26,634 nt of DNA from a virus. Taxonomy: Duplodnaviria; Caudoviricetes. Both the position numbers and the translations under genes were made by a program. Each line of letters begins with the position of its first letter. Within the stretch, counting starts at the first letter, position 1. Below are positions 15,967 through 26,200 of this stretch, one piece after another. The stretch is from positions 1 to 26,634 of the IMG/VR virus record IMGVR_UViG_3300021371_000090; one strand, given 5' to 3'. The notes under the pieces are model-generated. The model was not told the DNA's origin and ran no database searches. It saw only the letters and a list, made by a program, of their open reading frames with translations.

Positions 15967-16389
15967 ATGAGTGAGAAAAAACCAGCAAAGAAGATGAATG
16001 CCTCAAAAGGAGTTGAAAAAAAACACTTAGAAGATTTTGATATCACTGATGGTAAGCATAGAAGCTCTAAAGAGGAGCAGATTGAACATGTAAAAGAATT
16101 AGAAGATTTATTGGGGATGCCGCAAATGAATCCTTATGGGACACTACATCGAGATATTTTTAGGCAACGCTTAGACTCTTGCAATGCTTCTGAACTAACT
16201 GATTTAGCTGCTAGGGTTGGCATTCCAAGAGAGAGAAATATGAATCTACTTAGAAAGTCTTTAATGAAATCTTTTGATTTTTATGTACAGAAACACAACG
16301 TTACCGTTCAGGGTTCTTCTAAACCAATTTTAGATCCAAGTTCCCCAGACTACGAATCTACTGTAAGGTTATTTAAAGAAGGTTTTTAA
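15967..16389 (+). CDS. hypothetical protein
   Basis: 140 aa ORF after the MCP. Confidence 0.7.
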   Translation: MSEKKPAKKMNASKGVEKKHLEDFDITDGKHRSSKEEQIEHVKELEDLLGMPQMNPYGTLHRDIFRQRLDSCNASELTDLAARVGIPRERNMNLLRKSLMKSFDFYVQKHNVTVQGSSKPILDPSSPDYESTVRLFKEGF

Positions 16390-16881
16390 TTGATGAATGA
16401 TCTTGGAGTTTTAGCTACTGAAATTGTAACATATGATTTCCCTAATGATACAGGGTCATATAACGTTGGATTTGTTTCTGGGTGGCTAGAAACTAATGTC
16501 GGAGAGTTAAATGGACTTATCCATGAAGAGTTTTCGGTAGACTCGACTGGTGCTATATTAATGCATGGAACTGGATTAGCAGATGTAGAAAAAAACATTT
16601 TTTCCACATTGTATGAAATATGGTATTACCAAAAATCAGCAAGAGAATCTTTAAGATCATTTACTTATTCTGATTCTGTAGACTGGGTTACGATTAAAGA
16701 AGGTGATACTACGATTCAGAGACAGAATAAAAACTCTGTAGCAAAGACATATAAAGATTTAGGAGAGCAAGCTCAAGAAGCTCTCGACAGTCTTCTTTTC
16801 CAGTATAACTATCAAAAATCTTCTCCTGTCCAAGTTGCTGGAACAGATGGGACTTTTAATTTATCTGGTCAATTAGTCTAA
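16390..16881 (+). CDS. putative head-tail adaptor
   Basis: Position after MCP; WVTIKEGDTTI beta-hairpin pattern seen in adaptors. Start may be 16393. Confidence 0.5.
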   Translation: MMNDLGVLATEIVTYDFPNDTGSYNVGFVSGWLETNVGELNGLIHEEFSVDSTGAILMHGTGLADVEKNIFSTLYEIWYYQKSARESLRSFTYSDSVDWVTIKEGDTTIQRQNKNSVAKTYKDLGEQAQEALDSLLFQYNYQKSSPVQVAGTDGTFNLSGQLV

Positions 16882-16882
16882 T

Positions 16883-17329
16883 ATGTCTTCCCTCCTTACA
16901 GATGCTGAAAAAGCTGCTATTAATTCAGCTCTAAGTAATGTTCATGATACATTTTCTAGGAACATTTTCATTTACGTCAAGGAAACATCTACAGTTCCTG
17001 CGGAGCTTAACTTTAACCCTTTGTACGGAAGGAATAAAAATGTAGCGGAGATTTCCTCAGAGATTACCCTGACAAAGTATACTTTTCCTGCTCGCATCTA
17101 TTATAAAAATGAGCAAAAAGAAGATATTCTTGATGGCAACGGACAAATGAATCTCGTAGGATCAGAAGGTCAAATTAGAATCAAAATAAGAAGTGATGCA
17201 TATGAAAAACTTAAGATTTGTTCTAAGATAGAGGTTGATGATCAACTCTTCGTAGTTGATGGAGATGCTAAAATCATTGGACCATTTGATACTCAATTTT
17301 ACTCTATATTTTTGAAACGTGAGAACTAA
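16883..17329 (+). CDS. putative head closure/stopper protein
   Basis: 148 aa beta-rich; synteny. Confidence 0.5.
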   Translation: MSSLLTDAEKAAINSALSNVHDTFSRNIFIYVKETSTVPAELNFNPLYGRNKNVAEISSEITLTKYTFPARIYYKNEQKEDILDGNGQMNLVGSEGQIRIKIRSDAYEKLKICSKIEVDDQLFVVDGDAKIIGPFDTQFYSIFLKREN

Positions 17330-17970
17330 TGGCCAAAAAGAATTTCATGAGGGTCTCAAGACCCGTGGTGACTATAAACGCCAAAGAACTACTAAGAGAA
17401 CTTACGGTAGATAGCCCTAATAGTAAAGCAATGGCAACTGCTATTAGGCAGGTTATAGCCCCAAGAATAGAAGAACGACAAAAAGATCTTCAAAAAGAAT
17501 TTAAAATTCATCCTATCACAGTTGAGTTAGATGCTGGACCGAGAGCTTCAAATACTAGTGGGACTTTGGGTGGATATGGTAATTTGTTTTCTTTTATTGG
17601 ATTTTCTGGAGGAGATAGGCCAACCGAAATTATATCTGAGATTTTTAAACAAAAAATTAGATTTACAGTCAGGAGAAGAAATAATAAGGGTCAATATAAT
17701 GTAACATTTTATCTTCCATCAACAGATGATATATATAATTTAACGCCTATTCCTTGGATGACAGGTAAAAGCTGGGCTAAAAGTGTGGAAGAAGGGGGAA
17801 TTACTAATCTAGGACAATTCTTGTATAGCTCAACTGGATTCGGGCAGTCGTCTTCTGGAACAGGTATACAAGTCAAAAACAGATCTTCTGGTGTAAGGTT
17901 TAGTAGGACTCCGTATATTGGGAAGTTAATAGAAAATTTTAAAAAGAATTTATTAAGGTTAGATAGATGA
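17329..17970 (+). CDS. putative neck/tail completion protein
   Basis: Basic 213 aa protein ending RTPYI...; synteny. Confidence 0.45.
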   Translation: MAKKNFMRVSRPVVTINAKELLRELTVDSPNSKAMATAIRQVIAPRIEERQKDLQKEFKIHPITVELDAGPRASNTSGTLGGYGNLFSFIGFSGGDRPTEIISEIFKQKIRFTVRRRNNKGQYNVTFYLPSTDDIYNLTPIPWMTGKSWAKSVEEGGITNLGQFLYSSTGFGQSSSGTGIQVKNRSSGVRFSRTPYIGKLIENFKKNLLRLDR

Positions 17971-18851
17971 AGGCGCAATTTGATCAGAATATTTTATCCA
18001 GTTTTTTCTTATGGTTTGAAAACCGATTACTTAGTGATTCAGCGAAAGCTTATAAGATAAATCTGGACAATGCTTTTATCTCAGGGTCTTTCTCTGATAT
18101 CCCTTCTAGTCACATAGGTTTTCAGGGAAAATTCCGTTCTCTTGTTGGAGAGTATGCAGTAGATAACCCAAACTCAGGATTTTTCTTGGGAAGTGATTTT
18201 ATCACAGGCAATTATGATGAAAATGGCGGAATTTTTACAGATTATGAAAATGGTAGATTAATATTCCCAAAAGCTTCTGGAGCAGAAATAGGTGATACTG
18301 CTCTAACAGCGAATTCTACAGTCAAAGAGGTAAATACATATATTACAAATGATACTGATGCCCAAATTATAATTCATTCCGATTTTAAAGATAGTGCTAC
18401 AGAATTACCTTATCAGTATGGTAAAACAGCGGAGTTTGATGAAACCACTTACTTTCTGCCAGCATGTTTTATCTCTGTAGCCTCGTCGGATAATAAAGAA
18501 TTTTCCTTTGGAGGAGAGGAGGACACTACCACTAGAATTAGAGTCATGGTCTTATCGTTTGATAATTATACTTTAGATTCCGTTTTGTCTTTGTTTAGAG
18601 ACACGGTCAGGGAAGATTTGACACATGTTCCTTATGAAGATTTCCCATATGGGTTTTCTTTCTCTATTAAGGATTTTCCTTATAATTATAATAATTTGAT
18701 TTCTGGCCAATCAGATCCTGTAAAATCTCATATACAGAATGTTTCTGTCTCAAAAATAGTTTCAGAAAGAATCCGTGAAAACTTAAATAAAAATATTTCA
18801 ATTGGCTATATCGACTTTGAATTATGCACTTATCGTTTCCCTAGACTGTGA
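17967..18851 (+). CDS. putative tail terminator protein
   Basis: LPACFIS motif, C-terminal beta strands, immediately before the tail tube gene. Confidence 0.5.
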   Translation: MKAQFDQNILSSFFLWFENRLLSDSAKAYKINLDNAFISGSFSDIPSSHIGFQGKFRSLVGEYAVDNPNSGFFLGSDFITGNYDENGGIFTDYENGRLIFPKASGAEIGDTALTANSTVKEVNTYITNDTDAQIIIHSDFKDSATELPYQYGKTAEFDETTYFLPACFISVASSDNKEFSFGGEEDTTTRIRVMVLSFDNYTLDSVLSLFRDTVREDLTHVPYEDFPYGFSFSIKDFPYNYNNLISGQSDPVKSHIQNVSVSKIVSERIRENLNKNISIGYIDFELCTYRFPRL

Positions 18852-18855
18852 ATTT

Positions 18856-18871
18856 GTGTAAGAAAGTGTAA
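18856..18871 (+). promoter_or_regulatory. tandem GTGTAA putative late promoters
   Basis: GTGTAA at 18856 and 18866, upstream of the tail tube gene; the second copy ends 27 nt before ATG 18899. Confidence 0.6.
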
Positions 18872-18898
18872 ACCTTTACATTTTTAACTTAAAATCTT

Positions 18899-20182
18899 AT
18901 GGCTTCTAGAACTAGAATAATTTCACAAAGCAAAGCTGTTTATGTGTCCCCTACGGGTACACTAGGTGGACTTACCGCCCCCGTAATAGCAAACACTGGG
19001 TTTATGCCCCAACAGCTACACCGTGTAGATACTTTATCTTTTGACATTGATATCGCTGGAGGGCGACAGGACATCAGGGAATTTGGTCAACTAGCACGAA
19101 TTGGAACAATCACCTTGGGTGACCTCAATCCATCTTTTTCTCTTGGTTACTATCTCGGCAATGGAGAAAACGAGGGTAATTTAGGATTCAATGGATTGGG
19201 TAAAAGCGCTGTAAATGGCGCTCTACAAGATCAGTTTATCTCTGGTATTATTGCAGAAGATCCCGCTAAAAGAGAGAAAAACCTTTTTGTTTTAACTGTT
19301 AAAGAGGGGGAAGATGCTTTCGCATCTACCACTTCATTTATCGATAACCCAACTGGAAGATTTACCACTGCCGAAAGAGCTGGTCACGATGTTGTTTCAC
19401 TTGGAAATTGTAGTTTTGAAAGCTATACTGTTAACTTCGCTGTTGGAGAGATTCCAAGAGTCGATATTGATGGAACCGCTGAAAACATTACTTTTGATAC
19501 TACTAGCTCTGGCCTTTATAATCCATCTTTAAATAAAGCTGGTGGACGCGCAGATACAGGTCAATTCATGCTTGGCACTCCTAGTACAGGTAATATGGAT
19601 GTTCTTGTCCTTCGTCCAGAAGACGTAACTCTATCGTTCTCCAATGAAGAATTTGAATTTGGAGGGACCGATCTCGGAGATATGCATGTGCAGAGCGCCT
19701 CAATTGAAGTTCCTCTCTCAAGGACTCCTATTGAAGCTCTTGGTTCTGCTAAAGCTGTTGCTAAACCTTTGGATTTCCCAATTAATGTAACCATGTCTGT
19801 AAGTGCATTGCTCAAGAATATTCACGCAGGTCAAATAGACAAAATCTTGACTGGAAATGCTGGAAATGAGACAACAAATATTTCTCTTACTGTTAAAGGT
19901 GATGATGGATTGACTAAACATCAATATATCATGCAAAAAGCAGTGATGGACTCACAAGGATTTTCTCAAGGTTTAGATGATAATGAGACAATTGAATTGA
20001 CATTCTCAACTCAGGTTGGAGGAGTAAATCAAACTGATCAGGGGTTCTTCTACTCTGGTATTAATGCAAGTCAGCCTGATGTATATAGTACTACTTCTGC
20101 TCAGAAATTTGGAGAAGGATTCCTATATGAAAAGAATAATACTTTAAGCCCATATTCCTCGCAAGACGGAGCTGGATCTTAA
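18899..20182 (+). CDS. major tail tube protein
   Basis: 427 aa G/S/T-rich beta protein with two internally similar halves (RQDIREFG / RTPIEALG), own promoter and terminator, upstream of the TMP. Confidence 0.75.
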   Translation: MASRTRIISQSKAVYVSPTGTLGGLTAPVIANTGFMPQQLHRVDTLSFDIDIAGGRQDIREFGQLARIGTITLGDLNPSFSLGYYLGNGENEGNLGFNGLGKSAVNGALQDQFISGIIAEDPAKREKNLFVLTVKEGEDAFASTTSFIDNPTGRFTTAERAGHDVVSLGNCSFESYTVNFAVGEIPRVDIDGTAENITFDTTSSGLYNPSLNKAGGRADTGQFMLGTPSTGNMDVLVLRPEDVTLSFSNEEFEFGGTDLGDMHVQSASIEVPLSRTPIEALGSAKAVAKPLDFPINVTMSVSALLKNIHAGQIDKILTGNAGNETTNISLTVKGDDGLTKHQYIMQKAVMDSQGFSQGLDDNETIELTFSTQVGGVNQTDQGFFYSGINASQPDVYSTTSAQKFGEGFLYEKNNTLSPYSSQDGAGS

Positions 20183-20200
20183 TATAACTATTATACCCAG

Positions 20201-20230
20201 AAAAGCCTCGCAGAAATGCGGGGCTTTTTT
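20201..20230 (+). terminator. Intrinsic terminator after tail tube
   Basis: GCCTCGCA-GAAA-TGCGGGGC followed by T6, A-tract upstream. Confidence 0.9.
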
Positions 20231-20236
20231 GTGTAA
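20231..20236 (+). promoter_or_regulatory. GTGTAA putative late promoter
   Basis: GTGTAA-N8-ATG(20245), directly after the terminator. Confidence 0.65.
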
Positions 20237-20244
20237 ACTACTAT

Positions 20245-21090
20245 ATGCCAGATAGGATTCATTCTAGTGATATTCAGCTTTTCGTAGATGATCAGCGAAT
20301 TCCTTCTGTCACCTCACTCTCTATTTCATCTCCTAAGAGTGTTGTCGATATTCAAAGATTAGGGGCTTCCCATTCTGTAGACAGAATACTAACCTCAAAT
20401 CAGTCTACAACACTTACCTATGATGTTAATTTAACAACTGGTGCTACTGGAATTGATCCTATTTACAGCTATCAGCATATGGAGTCGGGGTTTTTATCTA
20501 CTGGTTTTTTTGAATTTAAGGCAAAAGATACTGTTGGGGTAACGACTATTTCTGGTGCATCTTTAACCTCTTATTCCATAAATGGATCTGTAGGGGCTAT
20601 AGTTAAAGGATCTTCTTCTTATGAAGGAGATGGGGCTATTTTTACTGACGCTGGAGCACTAACAAGCGAATCCAATGATATTTTTGAGGGATTCTTCAGG
20701 CCAGAGGATATTGAAATAACTAGTTCTACAAATGGTGATGAGGGTTTAGATTCGGCCTCTTTAAATATACAAGATTTTTCCATCTCTGTTTCTCTTCAAA
20801 AAAATCCTGTAACTAGGTTGGGGACTAGAGTCCCTCAATATAGATATCCTCAAATGCCAGCTCAAGGGACTCTTAATTTTAATGTTTTAAAGACAGATGT
20901 TACAGGCATAAACATTTCTAGCTTGGTTTGCGAAAGCGGAGTAATCACTATAGATTTAAAGGATAGAGACAATGAAAGTGTTCTAGATTTTATTACAAGT
21001 GGCTGTTGTCTAGAATCTGTTGAGGAATCGACTTCTTTGGATGATAATACTTCTGTAAGCTTCTCTTACTATTTTCCTATAATAAAATGA
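20245..21090 (+). CDS. tail tube paralog (minor tail protein)
   Basis: Colinear similarity to 18899..20182 (SYSINGSVG/SYTVNFAVG, RPEDI/RPEDV, LDDN/LDDN). Confidence 0.7.
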   Translation: MPDRIHSSDIQLFVDDQRIPSVTSLSISSPKSVVDIQRLGASHSVDRILTSNQSTTLTYDVNLTTGATGIDPIYSYQHMESGFLSTGFFEFKAKDTVGVTTISGASLTSYSINGSVGAIVKGSSSYEGDGAIFTDAGALTSESNDIFEGFFRPEDIEITSSTNGDEGLDSASLNIQDFSISVSLQKNPVTRLGTRVPQYRYPQMPAQGTLNFNVLKTDVTGINISSLVCESGVITIDLKDRDNESVLDFITSGCCLESVEESTSLDDNTSVSFSYYFPIIK

Positions 21091-21488
21091 TTACTAGCGG
21101 AAACCTGCCAAATTATAAAAATTGTATCTACAATGTAGATATAACTATTGATTCTCCTGTTAGTGGTTTTGAGTTTTCTATTATGGAGACAGGGATAGAC
21201 GGTAGTTTCAAAAGTGCGAACTTAATTACATTTTCTGGAGCGGAAGGTTACGTATTTGACCAAAGTGGTAATTTCTTTGCTGGGTATGCGAGTGGTGTAC
21301 CCTTTGACCTTGAAATACATCATGATTTTCTGAACTCCACCTTCTCTTATTATAAAGATAATATTTTAATGGCCAATGGATTAGATGTGACGGGAGCTAG
21401 CATTTTGAATGGAAGGTCAAATTTACTTATGTTCACTAAACATAGGGAATCCGTACTTTCATTACAAGCTACAGGAGCTATAGGTTGA
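21087..21488 (+). CDS. hypothetical beta-rich protein (tail-associated?)
   Basis: 133 aa, ATGA overlap with the previous gene. Confidence 0.6.
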   Translation: MITSGNLPNYKNCIYNVDITIDSPVSGFEFSIMETGIDGSFKSANLITFSGAEGYVFDQSGNFFAGYASGVPFDLEIHHDFLNSTFSYYKDNILMANGLDVTGASILNGRSNLLMFTKHRESVLSLQATGAIG

Positions 21489-21512
21489 TTTTTTTCTGTA
21501 TATTTATATAAT
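21485..21512 (+). promoter_or_regulatory. sigma70-like leaderless promoter
   Basis: TTGATT-N16-TATAAT-N7-ATG(21520). Confidence 0.6.
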
Positions 21513-21519
21513 AATATAC

Positions 21520-22332
21520 ATGAAAGAACTATACTCGTTTGATGTCAAGAGAACCGTTGAAAAAGAGGTTCCTCATGTCAAAAAAACTAAAAATGGTCCA
21601 GTTGAAACGACTAAAAAAGTAAAAAATACTATTAAGAATAGAATTGTTTTTAGGAAGCCTTCTATTTTAGACCTTGAAGATGCCGAGTTCTTTTACGGGC
21701 AAAAATACAACGAATATATTAACGCTGGATTTTTAACTAAAGCTATGCTATCTAAGAAGCTTGGAGACATGGGCGGGCTGACTTCTAAAACATCCCAAGA
21801 AGCCATGAATCAGATTATCATTGATAACATGGAGTCTTCAAGAACTATTGAATTTTTTGCTGGTGCTAAAGATTTGTCCGAAGAGCAAGAAGAACAGCTT
21901 CAAGAAGCAAAAAAACTATTCGCGCATACCAGAGTTCAACTGCATGAATATGAAACCTCTCTAAGGTCTCAATTCAGTCAAACCGCAGATTCTAAAGCTG
22001 AAATCAAAGTTATTGAATGGCTAGTCTTAAACTTCTCTTATTTTGAAGATAGTATTAATGACAAGAAAGATTTGTTTGAGATTTTTGAAGGAGACGAATT
22101 TGAGCAAAAACGGGCGTTCTTGATCAGGCTACAGGAAGCTGAAGACGAAGACATTGAAGACGCTACATTCTTGAGGGCTAAAAAGATTTACGATGAATGT
22201 TTTGAGAAGCTGATTAGAGTAGCTAGTATTTGGTATAATAAAATGGGTAATGATCAGAAGTCTATTGATGAAGCTCTAACTGACCTGTTTGAACCTGAAG
22301 CAGAAGCTTTAGATGAACAACAAGGAGAATAA
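21520..22332 (+). CDS. putative tail assembly chaperone
   Basis: Acidic helical protein between tube genes and TMP; FRKPS...D pattern. Confidence 0.5.
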   Translation: MKELYSFDVKRTVEKEVPHVKKTKNGPVETTKKVKNTIKNRIVFRKPSILDLEDAEFFYGQKYNEYINAGFLTKAMLSKKLGDMGGLTSKTSQEAMNQIIIDNMESSRTIEFFAGAKDLSEEQEEQLQEAKKLFAHTRVQLHEYETSLRSQFSQTADSKAEIKVIEWLVLNFSYFEDSINDKKDLFEIFEGDEFEQKRAFLIRLQEAEDEDIEDATFLRAKKIYDECFEKLIRVASIWYNKMGNDQKSIDEALTDLFEPEAEALDEQQGE

Positions 22333-23185
22333 ATATTCTATTGACTTATTAGACATAGTTCGTGGATACAGTGTTTTAACTAGTTCTGATTCTCAATGCT
22401 ATTTTAAGCACTTTACTGTGCTTGAACTCTTAGAGTTAGATAATCTTCAAGAGATTGATATTAGTAGATCTATAAAATCAGGGATTAAGACTGAGAAAGA
22501 TTTAGTTGGGACGGCTATTAAAAGAAAGTCTTGGTCAATCCAGAAAGAGGATAAAATAAAGTCTTTGGAGTGGACTGTCAAAAAATCATTAACTGCTTTA
22601 GGAAAGATTGAAGATCCTAAGCAAAGAGAATTATTCAAGAGGCAGATAGATAGTCAAGAAAAAGAACTAAAAGAAATTAGGGTTGAAAGAGCTAATATAA
22701 CTTCTTATAGTGCTGAGCATTTATCTGAAGTAAAAAGAGTTAAGAGGATGTTTAAACAGTCTATTTTTATGGATATAAATTTTACAGAATCCCCAACCCA
22801 AGAACAAGAACTGGTTTTTACTACAGCAATGTTTTCAAGGTATGGAGAGCTTAATAATCGAGAATCAATCTTAAAAGCTTCTTATTTCGGAGGTTTTTTT
22901 GATTTATTCTCCGCTCAAGATGGAAATCCTTTAACTCTTTTGGGTAAGACATTTGAGGATATAACAAACTTCCAAAAGTATTTGATTGTAGTTTCCAACG
23001 GATTATTAAATAAGATTAAAAATACTAGAATCCCAGAAGAAATTTACGGAGACCCAGTAAGAATGATGAATTACGAGGAGAAAGAAGAGAAGGATACAAA
23101 GGTTTCTCATGGTATAGATGATCTAAGGCGTAAATCTCAAGCAAGAGGTGGAGAACTTAAAGCAGAGGACTTTTTAAGCGGATAG
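22313..23185 (+). CDS. putative second tail assembly chaperone
   Basis: Helical protein immediately upstream of the TMP; 20-nt overlap with the previous gene. Confidence 0.45.
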   Translation: MNNKENKYSIDLLDIVRGYSVLTSSDSQCYFKHFTVLELLELDNLQEIDISRSIKSGIKTEKDLVGTAIKRKSWSIQKEDKIKSLEWTVKKSLTALGKIEDPKQRELFKRQIDSQEKELKEIRVERANITSYSAEHLSEVKRVKRMFKQSIFMDINFTESPTQEQELVFTTAMFSRYGELNNRESILKASYFGGFFDLFSAQDGNPLTLLGKTFEDITNFQKYLIVVSNGLLNKIKNTRIPEEIYGDPVRMMNYEEKEEKDTKVSHGIDDLRRKSQARGGELKAEDFLSG

Positions 23186-23198
23186 GTGTAAATTACAC
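23186..23198 (+). promoter_or_regulatory. GTGTAA putative late promoter within palindrome GTGTAA-A-TTACAC
   Basis: 10 nt before the TMP ATG (23202). Confidence 0.6.
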
Positions 23199-23201
23199 TA
23201 T

Positions 23202-26200
23202 ATGCCTACTAGTCTAAATGCGTCCCTAAATGTCTCCCTAAACCCGCAGAGCCTAAACGCTTCTACAAAGCAGGTCCAACAGGCTTTAGGGAGAATAACG
23301 GGACAAGCCTCAGAGTTCCAGAAATCTCTGGATGCTTCCACGGCTCGTGTCTTTGCATTCGGAGCTACTACCGCCGTTCTAAACGGAGTAACCCAATCTT
23401 TTAAAAAGTTAGTTTCTTCAACTATTGAAGTAGAAAAACGATTAATTGAAATCAACTCTATTTTTCAAGCTACTGACGCGACATTCAATAAATTTAGAAA
23501 TTCAATATTTAAGGTAGCGAAAGAAACGGGCCAATCATTTGCGACCGTGGCAGATGGTGCTGCTGAATTAGCTAGGCAAGGTCTAAGCGCAGAAGAGACC
23601 GCTAAAAGACTAAAAGCATCTTTAGTCCTAACGAGAATCTCTGGATTAGATGCAGAGAAATCTGTTAAAGCCCTCACAGCTGCAATTAACGGTTTTGCAT
23701 CCGCTGGATTAAACGCAAATCAAATCGTCAATAAATTGGTTGCTGTTGACACGGCTTTCGCTGTATCTGCTCAGGATTTGGCGGAGGCGTTCAGTCGCGC
23801 TGGGTCTACAGCAGAGGATGCTGGAGTTAGTTTTGATCAGCTCTTGGGGCTTGTCACAGCAGTAGAACAAAAGACTGCTAGAGGTGGAGCTGTTATTGGT
23901 AACGCATTTAAATCTATTTTTACTAGAATATCTAGAGGTAACACTATTGAAAAACTCAAAGAGTTGGGGGTTGAAATTGATGCTACTCAAACAGGTATTC
24001 AAAAACTTAATGCCTTATCAGTCGCTTTACAGAACGTATCCGATCCAACTGTAGCATCTGCAATCAAAGAACTCGCTGGTGGCGTCTTCCAAATTAACGT
24101 TGTTAGTGCTGCTTTAAAAGACTTGGGTTCTGATACTTCTATATTTGCTAGTGCAGCTAGAACCGCCTCTCAAGCCACAAATGAAGCTTTTGAAAAGAAT
24201 GCAGAGTTAAGTAAATCAATATCATCTCAAATAAATGTACTTGTTCAGGGTTTAACTAGTCTTTCTGAAAAAATCGGGACAATTACTTTTGGACCTCTTC
24301 TACAAAACCTAATTGGTTTAGCTAATAAGTTTACTGAGTTTTTAGATAAAGCTCTTGATCCAGATAAGGGAAATACATTTATTAAAGGATTATTTAAAGC
24401 CATAGGTAGTTTCTTGAGTGGTCCCGCTGTAGTCATCTTCACAGCAGCTTTCGTTAAGATTTTCAAATTAGTAGCTAGGTTTGCAGGAGAAGGGTTGAAG
24501 TCATTGTTCGCCATTGGAACCCAGACAGAGCGAATTAAAAATATTGAGGGAGGGATTGTAGGTTTACTACAAAAGGATGAAAGCCTTAGGAACGCAATTA
24601 CAAGCTCGACAATAACTCAAGCTCAAAAGGAACAATTAGTTTTAAATGCTATAAGGAGCGAAAACAAACTTTTGGAGCAACAAGCCCAGTTGGTGAGGCA
24701 AATTGCGACCTCTGCTGCCGCGAAAGGTGTTACTGGGTTTAGCGCTACTTCTGGAACTTTTAAGGGTCGGCGGGGCAAGCGCTATGCTTCTGGATTCATG
24801 GAGGAAGAGGCTACCGCCAGAATGCTTGGCGCTCCTGATAATGTGCAAGCTCATTTCGGCAAGGGAACGATTGGTGGTCGTAGATTTGTCATGAATGACA
24901 ATGAGATAGAGATACCTAATTTTGCAGGAGGAAACTCTGCTGTTATCCCAATGTATGCAGGGGGTAATATGCCTAAATACGGAAGAGGTTTGTTGAGTCC
25001 ACTTAAAAGTAGGACTGATATTACGACTAGGCAACAAGCTATAGATGCTGGGTATAGTGCAGCTGCTGCTAGCAGTAGATTCGGGGCAGCTCCAAAGATT
25101 GCCTCTACTCCAAAAATGGAAGATGTAATTCAAGTTAATCCTACTGGGTCAGCTATGCTTGTCCCGAATATAGGTCGGACCTCTAAAATAGCCAAAGGGA
25201 CCAGAGGTAGATTTAAGTTCAAGGGTAAGAATATGGGGTTTGAATATGGAGCTGGATTGGGCGTTTATGGACCCAAGATTCCACAATCTGTAGATAAAGC
25301 AGCTAATCCTCAAGACGAAAGATTGAGGAAGAATATTACAAGGGGAGTCACTACAAGTGCTGCTAATTACGCTGGATCATTGAATCCTATTTTAGGTAAG
25401 CCAAAGCCCTCTCAAATTAGCAAAATGCTACAAAGACAAGGAGGGGGCAAAGGAGCACTACGAGGGGTTGTTGGAGCCGCATTTGAAGCTGCAGTTAATG
25501 TTGGCTTGGGAATAAGCCCAGCCCGAAGAGTTGACGGAGGAGACTTTGATATTAAGGGTGTAAGTGGTGAGAAGCGCAAAGATGTTAATACAATGTTTGG
25601 TGTTAAAAATCAAGCGACAAATCTTTATGATTATAAAGAGAATGCAGGAAGAGGAAGTTATTCTAGTTTTGCTAAAAAATTAGCTAATCAAGGTAGATAC
25701 ACTACTGTTAAAAGGCCCAAGTTTTCTAAGAAAGGTTTTGCTGGAGGCTATATGCCTAAGTTTGCTAAAGGGGCTACTGGAGGAGTTGGTGGAGGTGGCG
25801 GATTGATGATCGGTCTTTTCGCACTACAAGGAGTCTTGGGTGGTGTTACATCAAGTTACGAACAGAATAAAAGTGCTGTAGAGGCAGATACTGAAGAAAA
25901 AATACAAGCTCTAAAGCAGTCTAAAAAGAGCTATCAAGAAATAAAATCTGGCATTAAAGCCCTTAAGGAAGAAGGTAAAGTTAGAGGGGAAGCAAAGACT
26001 GCTATGGAGATTCTAGCAGAAAAAGCTATGTTAGCCGCTAACGCATTAATAACTTTAAGCACCATAAATATGGTTAGTGGAGGGGGCTTAGGTAAGGCTG
26101 GAAGTTTTTTGATGGGTAAAAGTGGAAAGGCTGCAAAGTTGACTCAAGCTCAGAATAGAGCTAGACATGCCAAAGAACTAAAACAATTTAGAAAAAACAA

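Noticed and set aside
22290-22335. Programmed -1 frameshift joining the two putative tail chaperones
   Set aside because: The second ORF is in the +1 frame, has its own ATG, and no XXXYYYZ slippery site was seen.
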